A DNA stretch of 64,000 nt from an uncultured delta proteobacterium (GTDB lineage: Bacteria; Desulfobacterota; Binatia; DP-6). Of the stretch, positions 8,658 through 17,924 are shown in pieces. The stretch covers positions 160,001 to 224,000 of the forward strand of contig CAWFFN010000012.1 of the NCBI GenBank assembly GCA_963815115.1, written 5' to 3'. A model generated the notes under the pieces. It saw only the letters and a list, made by a program, of their open reading frames with translations, was not told the DNA's origin and did not search any database. Position 1 is the first letter of the stretch; each line of letters starts with the position of its first letter. Made by a program: the position numbers and the translations under genes.

Positions 8658-8760
8658 CGCCGTGCCGCGGCCGGCAGAGCCGGCGCGGCAGACTTGGCAC
8701 AGTCGATGGCTCCAGCTCCGACATGATTGCCGCGGCGGCTTTGCCGCTCGCGGCACGACG
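8658..8760. repeat. Inverted pair of 33-bp imperfect palindromes (REP-doublet-like)
   Basis: 8658..8690 is similar to the reverse complement of 8728..8760, and each unit is itself a hairpin. Confidence 0.6.
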
Positions 8761-8770
8761 TTCCTACTGT

Positions 8771-10327
8771 TCATCGCGTTGAACTCTCGCTTCTCGATCG
8801 CAGCGCCTGCTTGTCCACCTTGTACATGGCCGTCACGGGAAGGTCCGCCAGCAGCGTCAGCCCGTCGGGCCGCTTGAAGCTGGCCAGCTCGGCCCCGACG
8901 AAGGCGCGCAGCTCGGCGAGCGTCGGGGGCTCGGCGGGCTCGCGCGGCACGACGAAGGCCCAGCCGACCTCGCCGAAGACCGCGTCCGGCACGCCGACGA
9001 TGGCGGCGCGCGCCACCTTCGGGTGCCTGGCGAGCAGGTCCTCGATCTCGTTCGGGTAGACGTTGAAGCCGCCGCGGATGAACATCTCGCTCTGGCGTCC
9101 GCGCAGGTGGAGATAGCCGTCGCCGTCCAGGAAACCGAGGTCGCCGGTGCGGATCCAGCCCTCCGGGTCGATCACCGCGGCCGTCGCCTCCGGATCGTTC
9201 CAGTAGCCGCGCATGGTCGCCGGCGAGCGCACCTGGACTCCGCCCACCGAGCCGGCCGGCAGCGCCCCGCCGTCTTCGCCCGCGATGCGCATCTCGACAC
9301 CGGGGGTGGGCTTGCCGACGGTGGTGGCGAGACGCTCGGGCGGATCGTCCGGCAGCGACGCGGTGGCGATGCCCACCTCGGTGGACGAGTAGCGCACGCT
9401 CACCTCGACGCGCAGCTCCTCCTGCACCCGCCGGATCAAGTCGGGAGACGAGGGCGCGCCGCCGAGGAGGACCTGGCGCAGCGAGCGCAGGTCGCGCCGC
9501 GGGCGGTCGGGATGGTCGAGGAGCATGATTGCCTGGGTCGGAATCGCGCCGATGTGGGTGAGCCGCTCGCGTTCGATGGTCTCGAGGACGGCGGCCGGAT
9601 CGAAGGCGTCGTGGATCAGGGCGGCGCCGCGGTTGCCGATCTGGACGGCGATGCGCGCCATGGTCCCGACGTGCGCGAAGGAGAGCCCCGCGGCGAGGTG
9701 CAGGGGAGCGCGCCCGACCCGCCCCGTGTGCCGCCGCGCCTCGATCTCGGCCAGCGCGAGCAGGCTCGCATGGGCGTACCAGGCGCCCTTGGGCGCGCCG
9801 GTCGTCCCGCTGGTGAAGACGATCGCCGCCGGCGCCCCGGCCGGCACGTCGCGTTCCGCCACCGCCGCCGCCGGGCCCGCGATCCGCTGCACGGTCTCGC
9901 GCGTGCCGTTCCGCACGTCGTCCGCCCGGAGCCACAGGACATCGTAGCGCGCCGGCAGCGCATCGACCATGGTGCGGAAGTCGGCGTCGTGCCAGCGCTC
10001 GACGGCGAGAAGCAGGCGCGGGCGTGCCCGCGCCAGGATGTGGCCGATCTCGGTGCGCCGGTAGCGCGCGTTGATGCCGGCGGTGACGGCGCCGAGCCGC
10101 GCCGCGGCCAGGTAGGCGACGAGGTAGAGCGGCGTCGAGGGGAGGAGCAGTGCCACCACGTCGCCCGCCTGCACGCCCCGCGCGGCGAGGCCGGCAGCGA
10201 GGCGGTCGGCGAGCGCGTCCCAGTCGCGGTAGGTGAGGCGCTCGGTGCGATAGCGGAACGCCTCCGCGTCGGGCGTCTCGCGGGCGGAACTGCGCAGCAG
10301 GGCGCCGAGGGTTGGATGGGGGGCCAC
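8771..10327 (-). CDS. Acyl-CoA synthetase / AMP-binding protein
   Basis: FTSGTTGAPKG, YSSTE, RTGDLG, RGGFNVYP and KVDK motifs. Confidence 0.93.
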   Translation of the reverse strand: MAPHPTLGALLRSSARETPDAEAFRYRTERLTYRDWDALADRLAAGLAARGVQAGDVVALLLPSTPLYLVAYLAAARLGAVTAGINARYRRTEIGHILARARPRLLLAVERWHDADFRTMVDALPARYDVLWLRADDVRNGTRETVQRIAGPAAAVAERDVPAGAPAAIVFTSGTTGAPKGAWYAHASLLALAEIEARRHTGRVGRAPLHLAAGLSFAHVGTMARIAVQIGNRGAALIHDAFDPAAVLETIERERLTHIGAIPTQAIMLLDHPDRPRRDLRSLRQVLLGGAPSSPDLIRRVQEELRVEVSVRYSSTEVGIATASLPDDPPERLATTVGKPTPGVEMRIAGEDGGALPAGSVGGVQVRSPATMRGYWNDPEATAAVIDPEGWIRTGDLGFLDGDGYLHLRGRQSEMFIRGGFNVYPNEIEDLLARHPKVARAAIVGVPDAVFGEVGWAFVVPREPAEPPTLAELRAFVGAELASFKRPDGLTLLADLPVTAMYKVDKQALRSRSESSTR

Positions 10328-10430
10328 GGGCTAGACTTAGCCGACCCGGGGGCGCTGAGCGAGAAACGCGCCTTCTCTGTCTGTAACCCGGGCTAGAGGC
10401 TCGGCAGCCTTGGCGGTCATGTGCCCGCCG

Positions 10431-10463
10431 TCGCATGTTTCACCACCCTGGACGGCGCGCGGT
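10431..10463 (+). promoter_or_regulatory. Motif TCGCATGT-N10-TGGACGG-N5-GGT shared with 54804..54836
   Basis: Same spaced motif upstream of two related secreted-protein genes. Confidence 0.45.
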
Positions 10464-10521
10464 TGCTTCGAGGATAACGACTGCGAGTCACAGGCCCCAA
10501 TTCCCGCGAAGGAGAGGACAG

Positions 10522-12159
10522 ATGGTCGAAACGAAGCGGAAAGGAGCGGCGGCCCGAAGGCCATGCCTCCCGGCGTCGGTCGCGGCGGGCATCCTGGTGC
10601 TCGCGGCGGGCGCCGCGTGGGCGCAGGGGCTCACCGGCATGCTCCCCTTCTTTCCCCCGGGGGAGGAAGTCACGGACGCGGTGAAGGCGCACTACCACTT
10701 CAAGGTGGTCGCCAATCAGAGCCCCGGCGGAAAGATCCTCTTCGGATCGAATCGATTCTACGGAACGGGCCCGGAGACCTACCTCACCGAGAACAACTTC
10801 TACAGCAACGGGCTGCTCTACGCCGACGAGGTCTGCACGAGCTGGCCGCTCGAGGGAATGCCGACCTTTGCGGTGACGACCCTGCGGGTGGCCGTGCCCG
10901 ACTACAACCTGCACGGGAAGACCGGCGCCAGGACCTTCGCGCCGGCGGACTTCCCGCGTCAGAGCTACAACATCGACACGGCCACCGGCGCGCCCAAGAC
11001 CGACATGATCTCGCAGTTCGACCTGACCGGCCGGGAAGGCACGGTGGAGATCAGCCGTGGAGACATCGTGACGGACCACACGGGATGGAAGTGCTCGGGT
11101 CCGCTCGATGCGAGCGTCTACCGGCAGTGGAACGTGGTCGTCACCGTCGACGGGGTCTCGTATCCCGTGGCGTTCGCCCTCCCGGACGACGGCGCCCACT
11201 ACTTCACACCGTACGAGATACTCAACTTCTATACCGAGTTCTTCCAGCATCCCGGGCTCTTCAAGGTGCACTTCTGGAAGCTCGAGGTGCAACGCGAGAA
11301 TTCCACCACGTGGATCCCGTTGCGCTGGTTCCGCGTGCACAACGATGCACCCACCAACACCGAGTGGGGCGTTCGGATCACCACCGACGACGGCATCCGG
11401 GTGCTCGAGGTGAGCAACGACGCTCCTGCCGATTTCTTCGGTGACGGGGCGACCTTCATGCTTCCAACACCCGTGTGCGGTGACGGAATCGTGGACGGTA
11501 GCGAGCAGTGCGACGATGGCAACACGCTGGACGGCGACTGCTGTTCCTCGACCTGCCAGTTCGACCCGGCGGGTTCGGCGTGTACCGACGGCGTCATCTG
11601 CACCGAGGACGCATGCGACGGGGCCGGGACATGCACGCATCACGTGCCCCCGGTGGCGGGCTGCGACGGACCGCAAGCGACGAAGGCCACGCTGACCTTG
11701 AAGAAGAATGCGAGGAGTGCGACCGCGGACGCGCTCGAATGGAAATGGGTGAGCGGTGGGCCCTTCGACGCTGGCGCGCTCGGCACACCGGCGACCACGA
11801 CGGACCTGACTCTCTGCGTGTTCGATCAGACCGGCAAAGCGGTCGCCGCGACCGCGCCCGCGGGCGGCCAGTGCGCCGGGAAGCCATGCTGGCGCACGAG
11901 CGCGACGACCGTGAAGTACTCGGACAAGGCCCTCACTCCCGACGGCCTTCAGAAGCTGCAGGGCAAGAGTGGAGCGGCCGGGCGGGGAAAGCTCGAGGTC
12001 AAGGGGAAGGGTGCCAGCCTCCGGATGCCGTCGCTCGGGCTCACGACGCCGGTCACCGCGCGCCTTCTGCGTGGCGACGGCCCGGGATGCTGGGAGGCGA
12101 CCTTCGCGTCCCACGTGCAGAAGAACCTTCCGACCGAGTTCAGGGCCAAATCGGAGTGA
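10522..12159 (+). CDS. Secreted protein with Myxococcus-type Cys-rich (DUF4215-like) repeat and Lys-rich C-terminal beta domain
   Basis: SD GGAGAGG, signal peptide ending AWA, CGDGIVDGSEQCDDGNTLDGDCCSSTC motif. Confidence 0.85.
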   Translation: MVETKRKGAAARRPCLPASVAAGILVLAAGAAWAQGLTGMLPFFPPGEEVTDAVKAHYHFKVVANQSPGGKILFGSNRFYGTGPETYLTENNFYSNGLLYADEVCTSWPLEGMPTFAVTTLRVAVPDYNLHGKTGARTFAPADFPRQSYNIDTATGAPKTDMISQFDLTGREGTVEISRGDIVTDHTGWKCSGPLDASVYRQWNVVVTVDGVSYPVAFALPDDGAHYFTPYEILNFYTEFFQHPGLFKVHFWKLEVQRENSTTWIPLRWFRVHNDAPTNTEWGVRITTDDGIRVLEVSNDAPADFFGDGATFMLPTPVCGDGIVDGSEQCDDGNTLDGDCCSSTCQFDPAGSACTDGVICTEDACDGAGTCTHHVPPVAGCDGPQATKATLTLKKNARSATADALEWKWVSGGPFDAGALGTPATTTDLTLCVFDQTGKAVAATAPAGGQCAGKPCWRTSATTVKYSDKALTPDGLQKLQGKSGAAGRGKLEVKGKGASLRMPSLGLTTPVTARLLRGDGPGCWEATFASHVQKNLPTEFRAKSE

Positions 12160-12176
12160 GGCTCGATGGCGCCTGC

Positions 12177-13133
12177 ATGGCCGGATACCGAAAGGCGTTG
12201 CCCCAGCTCGGTGGAGACCTCTACCTGACCGACGGCGGCATCGAGACCACGCTCATCTTCCACGAAGGCCTGGAGCTTCCGGACTTCGCCGCGTTCGATC
12301 TCCTGCGGACGCCGGAGGGCGAGGCGGCGCTGCGCAGGTACTTCCGGACGTACGCCGAGCTCGCGCGGCGCTTCGGCACCGGCCTGATCCTCGAGAGCGC
12401 CACCTGGAGGGCCAGCGCGGACTGGGGAAGCAGGCTCGGCTACACCGCCGAGGCGCTCGCCGATGCGAACCGTCGCGCGATCGCCCTGCTCGAGGAGGTG
12501 CGCGACGAATTCGGCACCGATCGGACGCCCGTGGTCGTCAGCGGATGCCTCGGGCCACGCGGCGATGGCTATGTCCCCGGTCGTGCCATGTCGGAGCGGG
12601 AGGCGGAGGCCTACCACGGGGAGCAGATCGCGACGTTCGCCGGCTCCGCCGCCGACATGGTGTGCGCCATCACCATGAACTACGCCGAGGAGGCCGCGGG
12701 CATCGCGCGAGCGGCGCGGCGCGCGGCCGTGCCCGTCGCCATCTCCTTCACGGTGGAGACCGATGGCAAGCTTCCGACCGGGCAGACGTTGCAGGCGGCC
12801 ATCGAGCAGGTCGAGGGCGCCACGTCGGGCAATCCCGCCTACTACATGATCAACTGCGCGCACCCGACGCATTTCGAGACGGTGCTGCCCGAGCGGGAGC
12901 CCTGGGTGCAGCGGATTCGCGGTCTCCGCGCGAACGCCTCGCGCATGAGCCACGCCGAGCTCAACGAATCCCTCGAGCTCGACATCGGTGACGCGGCCGA
13001 GCTCGGGCAGGACTACGCGCGGCTGAGGAAGCGGCTCGCGCATCTCAACGTGATGGGAGGGTGCTGCGGCACGGATCACCGGCACATCGAGCAGATCGCG
13101 TCGGCCGTCCTGCCGCTCTTCCGGAGTGCCTGA
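12177..13133 (+). CDS. Homocysteine S-methyltransferase family protein
   Basis: LTDGGIETTL, INCAHP and GGCCGTD Zn-binding motifs. Confidence 0.92.
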   Translation: MAGYRKALPQLGGDLYLTDGGIETTLIFHEGLELPDFAAFDLLRTPEGEAALRRYFRTYAELARRFGTGLILESATWRASADWGSRLGYTAEALADANRRAIALLEEVRDEFGTDRTPVVVSGCLGPRGDGYVPGRAMSEREAEAYHGEQIATFAGSAADMVCAITMNYAEEAAGIARAARRAAVPVAISFTVETDGKLPTGQTLQAAIEQVEGATSGNPAYYMINCAHPTHFETVLPEREPWVQRIRGLRANASRMSHAELNESLELDIGDAAELGQDYARLRKRLAHLNVMGGCCGTDHRHIEQIASAVLPLFRSA

Positions 13134-13217
13134 CGAGCGGGTCGCGTGGCCGAGACGTTGCGCGCCCCGCGCCGTCCATGACACAGAACGGGTCAGACTT
13201 TTCGAAGGCGATCGGCC

Positions 13218-14498
13218 ATGGCGGTGGCACGCATCCAGTTCCCTCATCACTACCGGGCGCTCGATCCGGCGATTCGCCGCGAGCTCGTCGACCACGCCGC
13301 CGCCGACGGCTTCCCGCTCTCCGGCATCCTCTACCGGCCGCCGCGGGGCGAGCGGGACACGGTCGTCGTCGCGATGCATCCGCGCGTCGACTTCGCGCGA
13401 CACTACCTGGCGCCGCGGCTGGCGGCTGCGGGCTACGCCTTCTTCGGCACGGCCTCCCGCTACCTGAACAACGACGCCGACATGCTGCACGAGCGCGTGC
13501 TGCTCGACGTCGCGGGCACGGTCGGGCATCTGCGCGAGAGCGGCTTCCGGCGCGTCGTCCTGCTCGGCAACTCCGGCGGCGGATCGCTCTTCGCCTTCTA
13601 CCTCGAGCAGGCGGAGAAGCCGCCGGCCGAGCGGCTCCGTCGCGCCCCGTCCGGCGACGCGGTGCCGCTCCCCGAGACCGATCTCCCGCCCGCGGACGGC
13701 CTGGTGCTCCTCGCGGCGCACCTCGGCGAGGGCCGCTTTCTCCTCGACCGCCTCGACCCGTCCATGGTCGACGAGGCGGACCCGGTGGCGACCGACCCGC
13801 GTCTCGACATGTACGATCCGCGCAACGGCTACCGGCCGATGGACGAGGGGCCGTCGTCGTACGCCGCCGACTTCCTCGCCGAGTTTCGTGCCGGGCAGCG
13901 CGCCCGCTGCCGGCGGCTGGACGCGCGCGCCCTCGAGTGGTGCGAGGAGGCGCGCTGGCATCGGCGCCGTCTGGGCGTCGCGGACGACGTCGCGCGCATG
14001 TCCGCGGCCGAGCGCTCCCGCCTGGCTCGACTCGCGCTCCAGCGGCGGTACTTCCTGATCTATCGCACGCTCGCCGACCCGCGCTATCTGGATCCGGCGC
14101 TCGACCCGTCGCAGCGCCCGCTGGGCTCGATCTTCTCGTTCGGCCGCGATCCCGTGGTCGGCAACTACGGCGAGGGTCTGGCCCGGACGATGAGCGCGCG
14201 CGGCTGGCTCTCCACCTGGTCCGGTCTCGCGTCGAATGCCGCGCTCGAGCGCACGCTGCGCGGGGTCACGGTGCCGACGCTGGTCGTCTGCGCGCTCGCC
14301 GACATGGACATCTACCCCGGCGAGTGCCGTTCCAGCCTCGACGCCTCGGGGGCGCAGGACAAGCAGTGGGCGGAGCTGCCCTGGGCCGGCCACTACCTCT
14401 ACCCGGCCGGGCCGGCGGGCGCCGAGCTTCCTCATCCGCAGGACCGCGTCGCCGACGACGTCGTGCTGCCCTGGCTGCGGCAGCGCTGGCCGCTCTAG
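13218..14498 (+). CDS. Alpha/beta hydrolase
   Basis: GNSGG nucleophile elbow, later Asp and GHY His motifs. Confidence 0.8.
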   Translation: MAVARIQFPHHYRALDPAIRRELVDHAAADGFPLSGILYRPPRGERDTVVVAMHPRVDFARHYLAPRLAAAGYAFFGTASRYLNNDADMLHERVLLDVAGTVGHLRESGFRRVVLLGNSGGGSLFAFYLEQAEKPPAERLRRAPSGDAVPLPETDLPPADGLVLLAAHLGEGRFLLDRLDPSMVDEADPVATDPRLDMYDPRNGYRPMDEGPSSYAADFLAEFRAGQRARCRRLDARALEWCEEARWHRRRLGVADDVARMSAAERSRLARLALQRRYFLIYRTLADPRYLDPALDPSQRPLGSIFSFGRDPVVGNYGEGLARTMSARGWLSTWSGLASNAALERTLRGVTVPTLVVCALADMDIYPGECRSSLDASGAQDKQWAELPWAGHYLYPAGPAGAELPHPQDRVADDVVLPWLRQRWPL

Positions 14499-14507
14499 CA
14501 GCGCATC

Positions 14508-15677
14508 GTGCGTGCTCGCGCCGCCGCCGTCGTCGGCATCGGTCAGTCCGCGTTCTCGAAGCATCTCGGCATGAGCGAGGCCGAGGTCGCGGCCACCGCG
14601 ATCCGGGCCGCGCTCGACGATGCGAGCCTCACGCTCCGCGACGTCGACGGGCTCTGCCTCTACGACATCGAATCGACCACGGTCGGTGACGTGGCGGCGC
14701 TCCTCGGGCTCGACGGCATTCGTTTCTTCTCGACGCACAGCCACGGCGGCGGAGCCTACTGCGCGGTGGTGCTGCACGCGGCGGCCGCGCTGGCCGCGGG
14801 CCACGCCTCGGTGGTGCTCGCCTTTCGCGCCCGCAATCGCGGGAGGGGCTCGTCGTACGGGAAGCGCTCCAACCAGGGCGGCCGGCCATGGGAGAAGATC
14901 GCGCCGCGGATCGCCGGTTTCTACCAGTGGCAGGTGCCCTTCGGCATCGTCTCGCCGGTGCAGGAGATGGCGCTGATCGCACGGCGGCACATGCTCGATC
15001 ACGGCACCACGGAGGATCACCTCGGCGAGGTGGCGTGCGCCGCGCGTAGCCACGCGGCACGCAATCCCCATGCGTTGCAGCGCGAGCCGATGACGCTCGC
15101 CGACCACCACGCCTCGCGTTTCGTCGCCGAGCCGCTCAGGCTGCTCGACTGTTGCCTCGAGAGCGACGGCGGCTGCGCCGTCGTCCTCACCACGGCGGAG
15201 CGGGCGCGCGATCTGCCGCAGCGTCCCGCCCACGTCCTCGCCGGGGCCCAGTGCGTCGGGCCGGCGCACCACCATCCACACGACTGGTTCGTCTTCGATC
15301 GCCGCCGCTGGATGGCGGCCGCAGCCGAGCGCCTGTGGGGTACGGCGGGCGTCCGGCCCGACGACGTCGACGCCGCGATGCTCTACGACCACTTCACGCC
15401 CATGGTGCTGATCGCGCTCGAGGACTGGGGGTTCTGTGCAGCCGGCGAGGGCGGGCCCTTCGTCGAGGGCGGTGCGCTGCGCGGCCCGGACGGGCGCCTG
15501 CCGGTGAACACCCACGGCGGCCAGCTCTCCGAGGCCTTCATCCACGGCTTCAACAATCTGACCGAGGCGGTGCGGCAGGTACGGGGGACGTCGACCTGCC
15601 AGGTGCCGGGCGCCGAGCTGGTCTTCGTGGCGGCGGCGTCGAGCGATCCCTACGGCGCCCTGCTGCTCTGCCGGTGA
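14508..15677 (+). CDS. Thiolase-superfamily protein (Ltp2/SCPx-like, lacking the catalytic Cys)
   Basis: AVVGIGQS, DCCLESDGGCAVV, LYDHF and NTHGGQLSEA motifs. Confidence 0.88.
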   Translation: MRARAAAVVGIGQSAFSKHLGMSEAEVAATAIRAALDDASLTLRDVDGLCLYDIESTTVGDVAALLGLDGIRFFSTHSHGGGAYCAVVLHAAAALAAGHASVVLAFRARNRGRGSSYGKRSNQGGRPWEKIAPRIAGFYQWQVPFGIVSPVQEMALIARRHMLDHGTTEDHLGEVACAARSHAARNPHALQREPMTLADHHASRFVAEPLRLLDCCLESDGGCAVVLTTAERARDLPQRPAHVLAGAQCVGPAHHHPHDWFVFDRRRWMAAAAERLWGTAGVRPDDVDAAMLYDHFTPMVLIALEDWGFCAAGEGGPFVEGGALRGPDGRLPVNTHGGQLSEAFIHGFNNLTEAVRQVRGTSTCQVPGAELVFVAAASSDPYGALLLCR

Positions 15678-16090
15678 GCATCGTGCCCGACGTCCTGCCC
15701 CCGCTGCCCGAGCCCGGACCCGACTCCCGCGAGTTCTGGGAGGGGTGCCGGCGCCACGAGCTGCGCGTGCAGCGGTGCGCGGCCTGCCGCCGCGCCCGGT
15801 TCGCGCCCCGGCCGGCGTGTCCGTGGTGCGGATCGCCGCGGGTCGCATGGTTCACGGCCAGCGGCCGCGGGCGCGTCTTCACCTGGACGGTCGTCCACCG
15901 CCCGACGCTGGCCGCGTTCGAGCCGCTCCTGCCGTATGCCGCGGGGCTGATCGAGCTCGAGGAGGGCGTGTTCATGGCGGGGCAGATTCGCGGCTGCGCG
16001 CCGCGGCAGGTGCGTGCCGGGCTGGAGGTGCGAGTGGAGTTCGACGACGTCACCGCGGACGTGTCGTTGCCGCACTGGCGGGCGGTGTGA
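15674..16090 (+). CDS. DUF35 Zn-ribbon/OB-fold acyl-CoA-binding protein
   Basis: FWEG...QRCAAC...CPWC, SGRGRVFTWTVVH and IELEEG motifs; GTGA overlap with the upstream gene. Confidence 0.92.
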   Translation: MSIVPDVLPPLPEPGPDSREFWEGCRRHELRVQRCAACRRARFAPRPACPWCGSPRVAWFTASGRGRVFTWTVVHRPTLAAFEPLLPYAAGLIELEEGVFMAGQIRGCAPRQVRAGLEVRVEFDDVTADVSLPHWRAV

Positions 16091-17112
16091 CGCCGGTCGT
16101 CGTCGGCATCGGCGCGACCCCCTTCGTTCGCCGCAGCGGTGCGAGTGCGGCGGGCCTCGCGGCGCGCGCCATCGTCGCGGCGGTGCGGGATGCGCGGGTC
16201 TCGTTCGAGGACATCGACGGGATCGTCCGCTTCGATCGCGAGGGCGCCTGGGAGTACGACTTCCCCGGCGTGATGCGCCTGCGGGCGCTCGACTACTACG
16301 GCGCCGTTCCCGACGGGCCGGGCAGCGCTCCGGCGCTGCTGCGGCTCGCCGCGATGGCGGTCTCGCAGGGCCTGGCCCGGGTGGTGGTGGGCTATCACGC
16401 CCGCGCGGGAGCCCGTCCGGAGGATGCCGACGCGGTGCGAGCCGCGGCGCTGCTCGCGCGCCGGCGGGCACCTCGCGTGGCAGCCGTCACGCTCGCCCTG
16501 CGGCGGGCGGCGGTGCGCAACCCGGCGGCCGTCCTGCGCGCACCGCTCACCAGGGCGGCGCACGCCCGCAGCCCTCATCTGGCGGCTCCGCTCCGCGAGG
16601 CCGACGCGGCGCCGCCGTCGGCCGGCGGCTGTGCGTTCGTGATGGCCGCACTCGAGCGTCCCGGCCCCCCGTGGCGGAAGCCGGTGCGGGTGCTCGGATC
16701 GATGCAGGCCGCCATCCCGAGCGCGTCGCGGCATCTCGAGGCGTGGCTCGAGAGCCGGCGTCGGGGCGTCCTCGAGGCCGCCGCGCGGCGTCTCTACGGC
16801 GACGCCGGCATCGGGCCGCGAGAGGTCGACGTCGCCTGTCTCTACGCGGCGCCGAGCGCGCTGGTGCTGCCCGCACTGGACGACTACGGGATCGGAGATC
16901 GCAACGGCCCCGGGCTGCCTCGCCGCCCGCGCGTGAACCCGCACGGCGGGCAGCTGGCGGAGGCGGCACTCGACGGCATCAACGACCTGCTCGAGGCGGT
17001 CCGACAGCTGCGCGGGGAGGCCGCCAGCCAGGTGCGCGGCGCGCGCGTGGCCCTGGTGGCCGGGTCGCCGCTCGAGCCCACCTCGGCGGTGCTGCTGGGA
17101 GCGCCCCCATGA
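16087..17112 (+). CDS. Degenerate thiolase-fold protein
   Basis: VVGIGATPF start and VNPHGGQLAEA...EAVRQLRG end; internal motifs eroded and shortened. Confidence 0.75.
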   Translation: MTPVVVGIGATPFVRRSGASAAGLAARAIVAAVRDARVSFEDIDGIVRFDREGAWEYDFPGVMRLRALDYYGAVPDGPGSAPALLRLAAMAVSQGLARVVVGYHARAGARPEDADAVRAAALLARRRAPRVAAVTLALRRAAVRNPAAVLRAPLTRAAHARSPHLAAPLREADAAPPSAGGCAFVMAALERPGPPWRKPVRVLGSMQAAIPSASRHLEAWLESRRRGVLEAAARRLYGDAGIGPREVDVACLYAAPSALVLPALDDYGIGDRNGPGLPRRPRVNPHGGQLAEAALDGINDLLEAVRQLRGEAASQVRGARVALVAGSPLEPTSAVLLGAPP

Positions 17113-17924
17113 GCGATGCGCTCGATCGGCTGACCGTCGGACACTACATGCTGCGGAACTGGTCGCTCGAGGAGGACGTGCGCCACTTGGGGCGCCTCGG
17201 CTTCCACTCCATCAGCCTCGCCAGCACCAAGCTGGCGGCGTACGGGCCGGCGCGTGCCGTGCGGCTGCTGCGGGGGTCGGGACTGCGGGTGGCGCATCTC
17301 GGCTCCTACGGGCGCTTCGGTACCGAGGCCCGGACGATCAGGCGCGGCCTCGACGAGGTACGCCGTGCGCTCGGCTGGCTGCACGCGCTCGACGGCGACG
17401 TGCTGGTCGTGATCAGCGGCGGGCGCGGCGGCGCGCCGTGGGAGCAGGCGGCGCGCGCCTATGCCGACGCGTACGCCGCGCTGCTTCCCGAGGCGACCGC
17501 GGCCGGCGTGCGGCTCGCCATCGAGGTGATCCACCCGTTGCGGCAGGACCTGTCCTTCATCAGCACGCTCGACGACGCGCGCGAGATCGCCGTGCAAGCA
17601 GGCCGCCGGGGCGGCTACGTGCTGGACTTCTGGCACTCCGGCTGGGAGCGCGGGCTGCTCGCCGCCATCCGCCGCGACGCCGCGCGACGCATCCACGCGG
17701 TTCAGGTTTCCGACTACAAGCGCCTGACGATGCGCACGCTCGACCGCGCCCTGCTCGGCAAGGGCATCCTTCCGCTCGGGGCGATGGTCCGCGCGCTCGA
17801 GGAGGGCGGCTACCGGGGCTGGTACGAGGCCGAGATCATCAGCGACGACGTCGAGCGGATGGGGTACGAGCGCGTGCTCAGACACACGCGCAGCGCGATG
17901 GCGCGCCTGCTGTCCGCTGCCTAG
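17109..17924 (+). CDS. Sugar phosphate isomerase/epimerase (xylose-isomerase-like TIM barrel)
   Basis: LAIEVIHP, LDFWH, VQVSD, LGKG and GWYEAE metal-binding motifs; ATGA overlap. Confidence 0.88.
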   Translation: MSDALDRLTVGHYMLRNWSLEEDVRHLGRLGFHSISLASTKLAAYGPARAVRLLRGSGLRVAHLGSYGRFGTEARTIRRGLDEVRRALGWLHALDGDVLVVISGGRGGAPWEQAARAYADAYAALLPEATAAGVRLAIEVIHPLRQDLSFISTLDDAREIAVQAGRRGGYVLDFWHSGWERGLLAAIRRDAARRIHAVQVSDYKRLTMRTLDRALLGKGILPLGAMVRALEEGGYRGWYEAEIISDDVERMGYERVLRHTRSAMARLLSAA

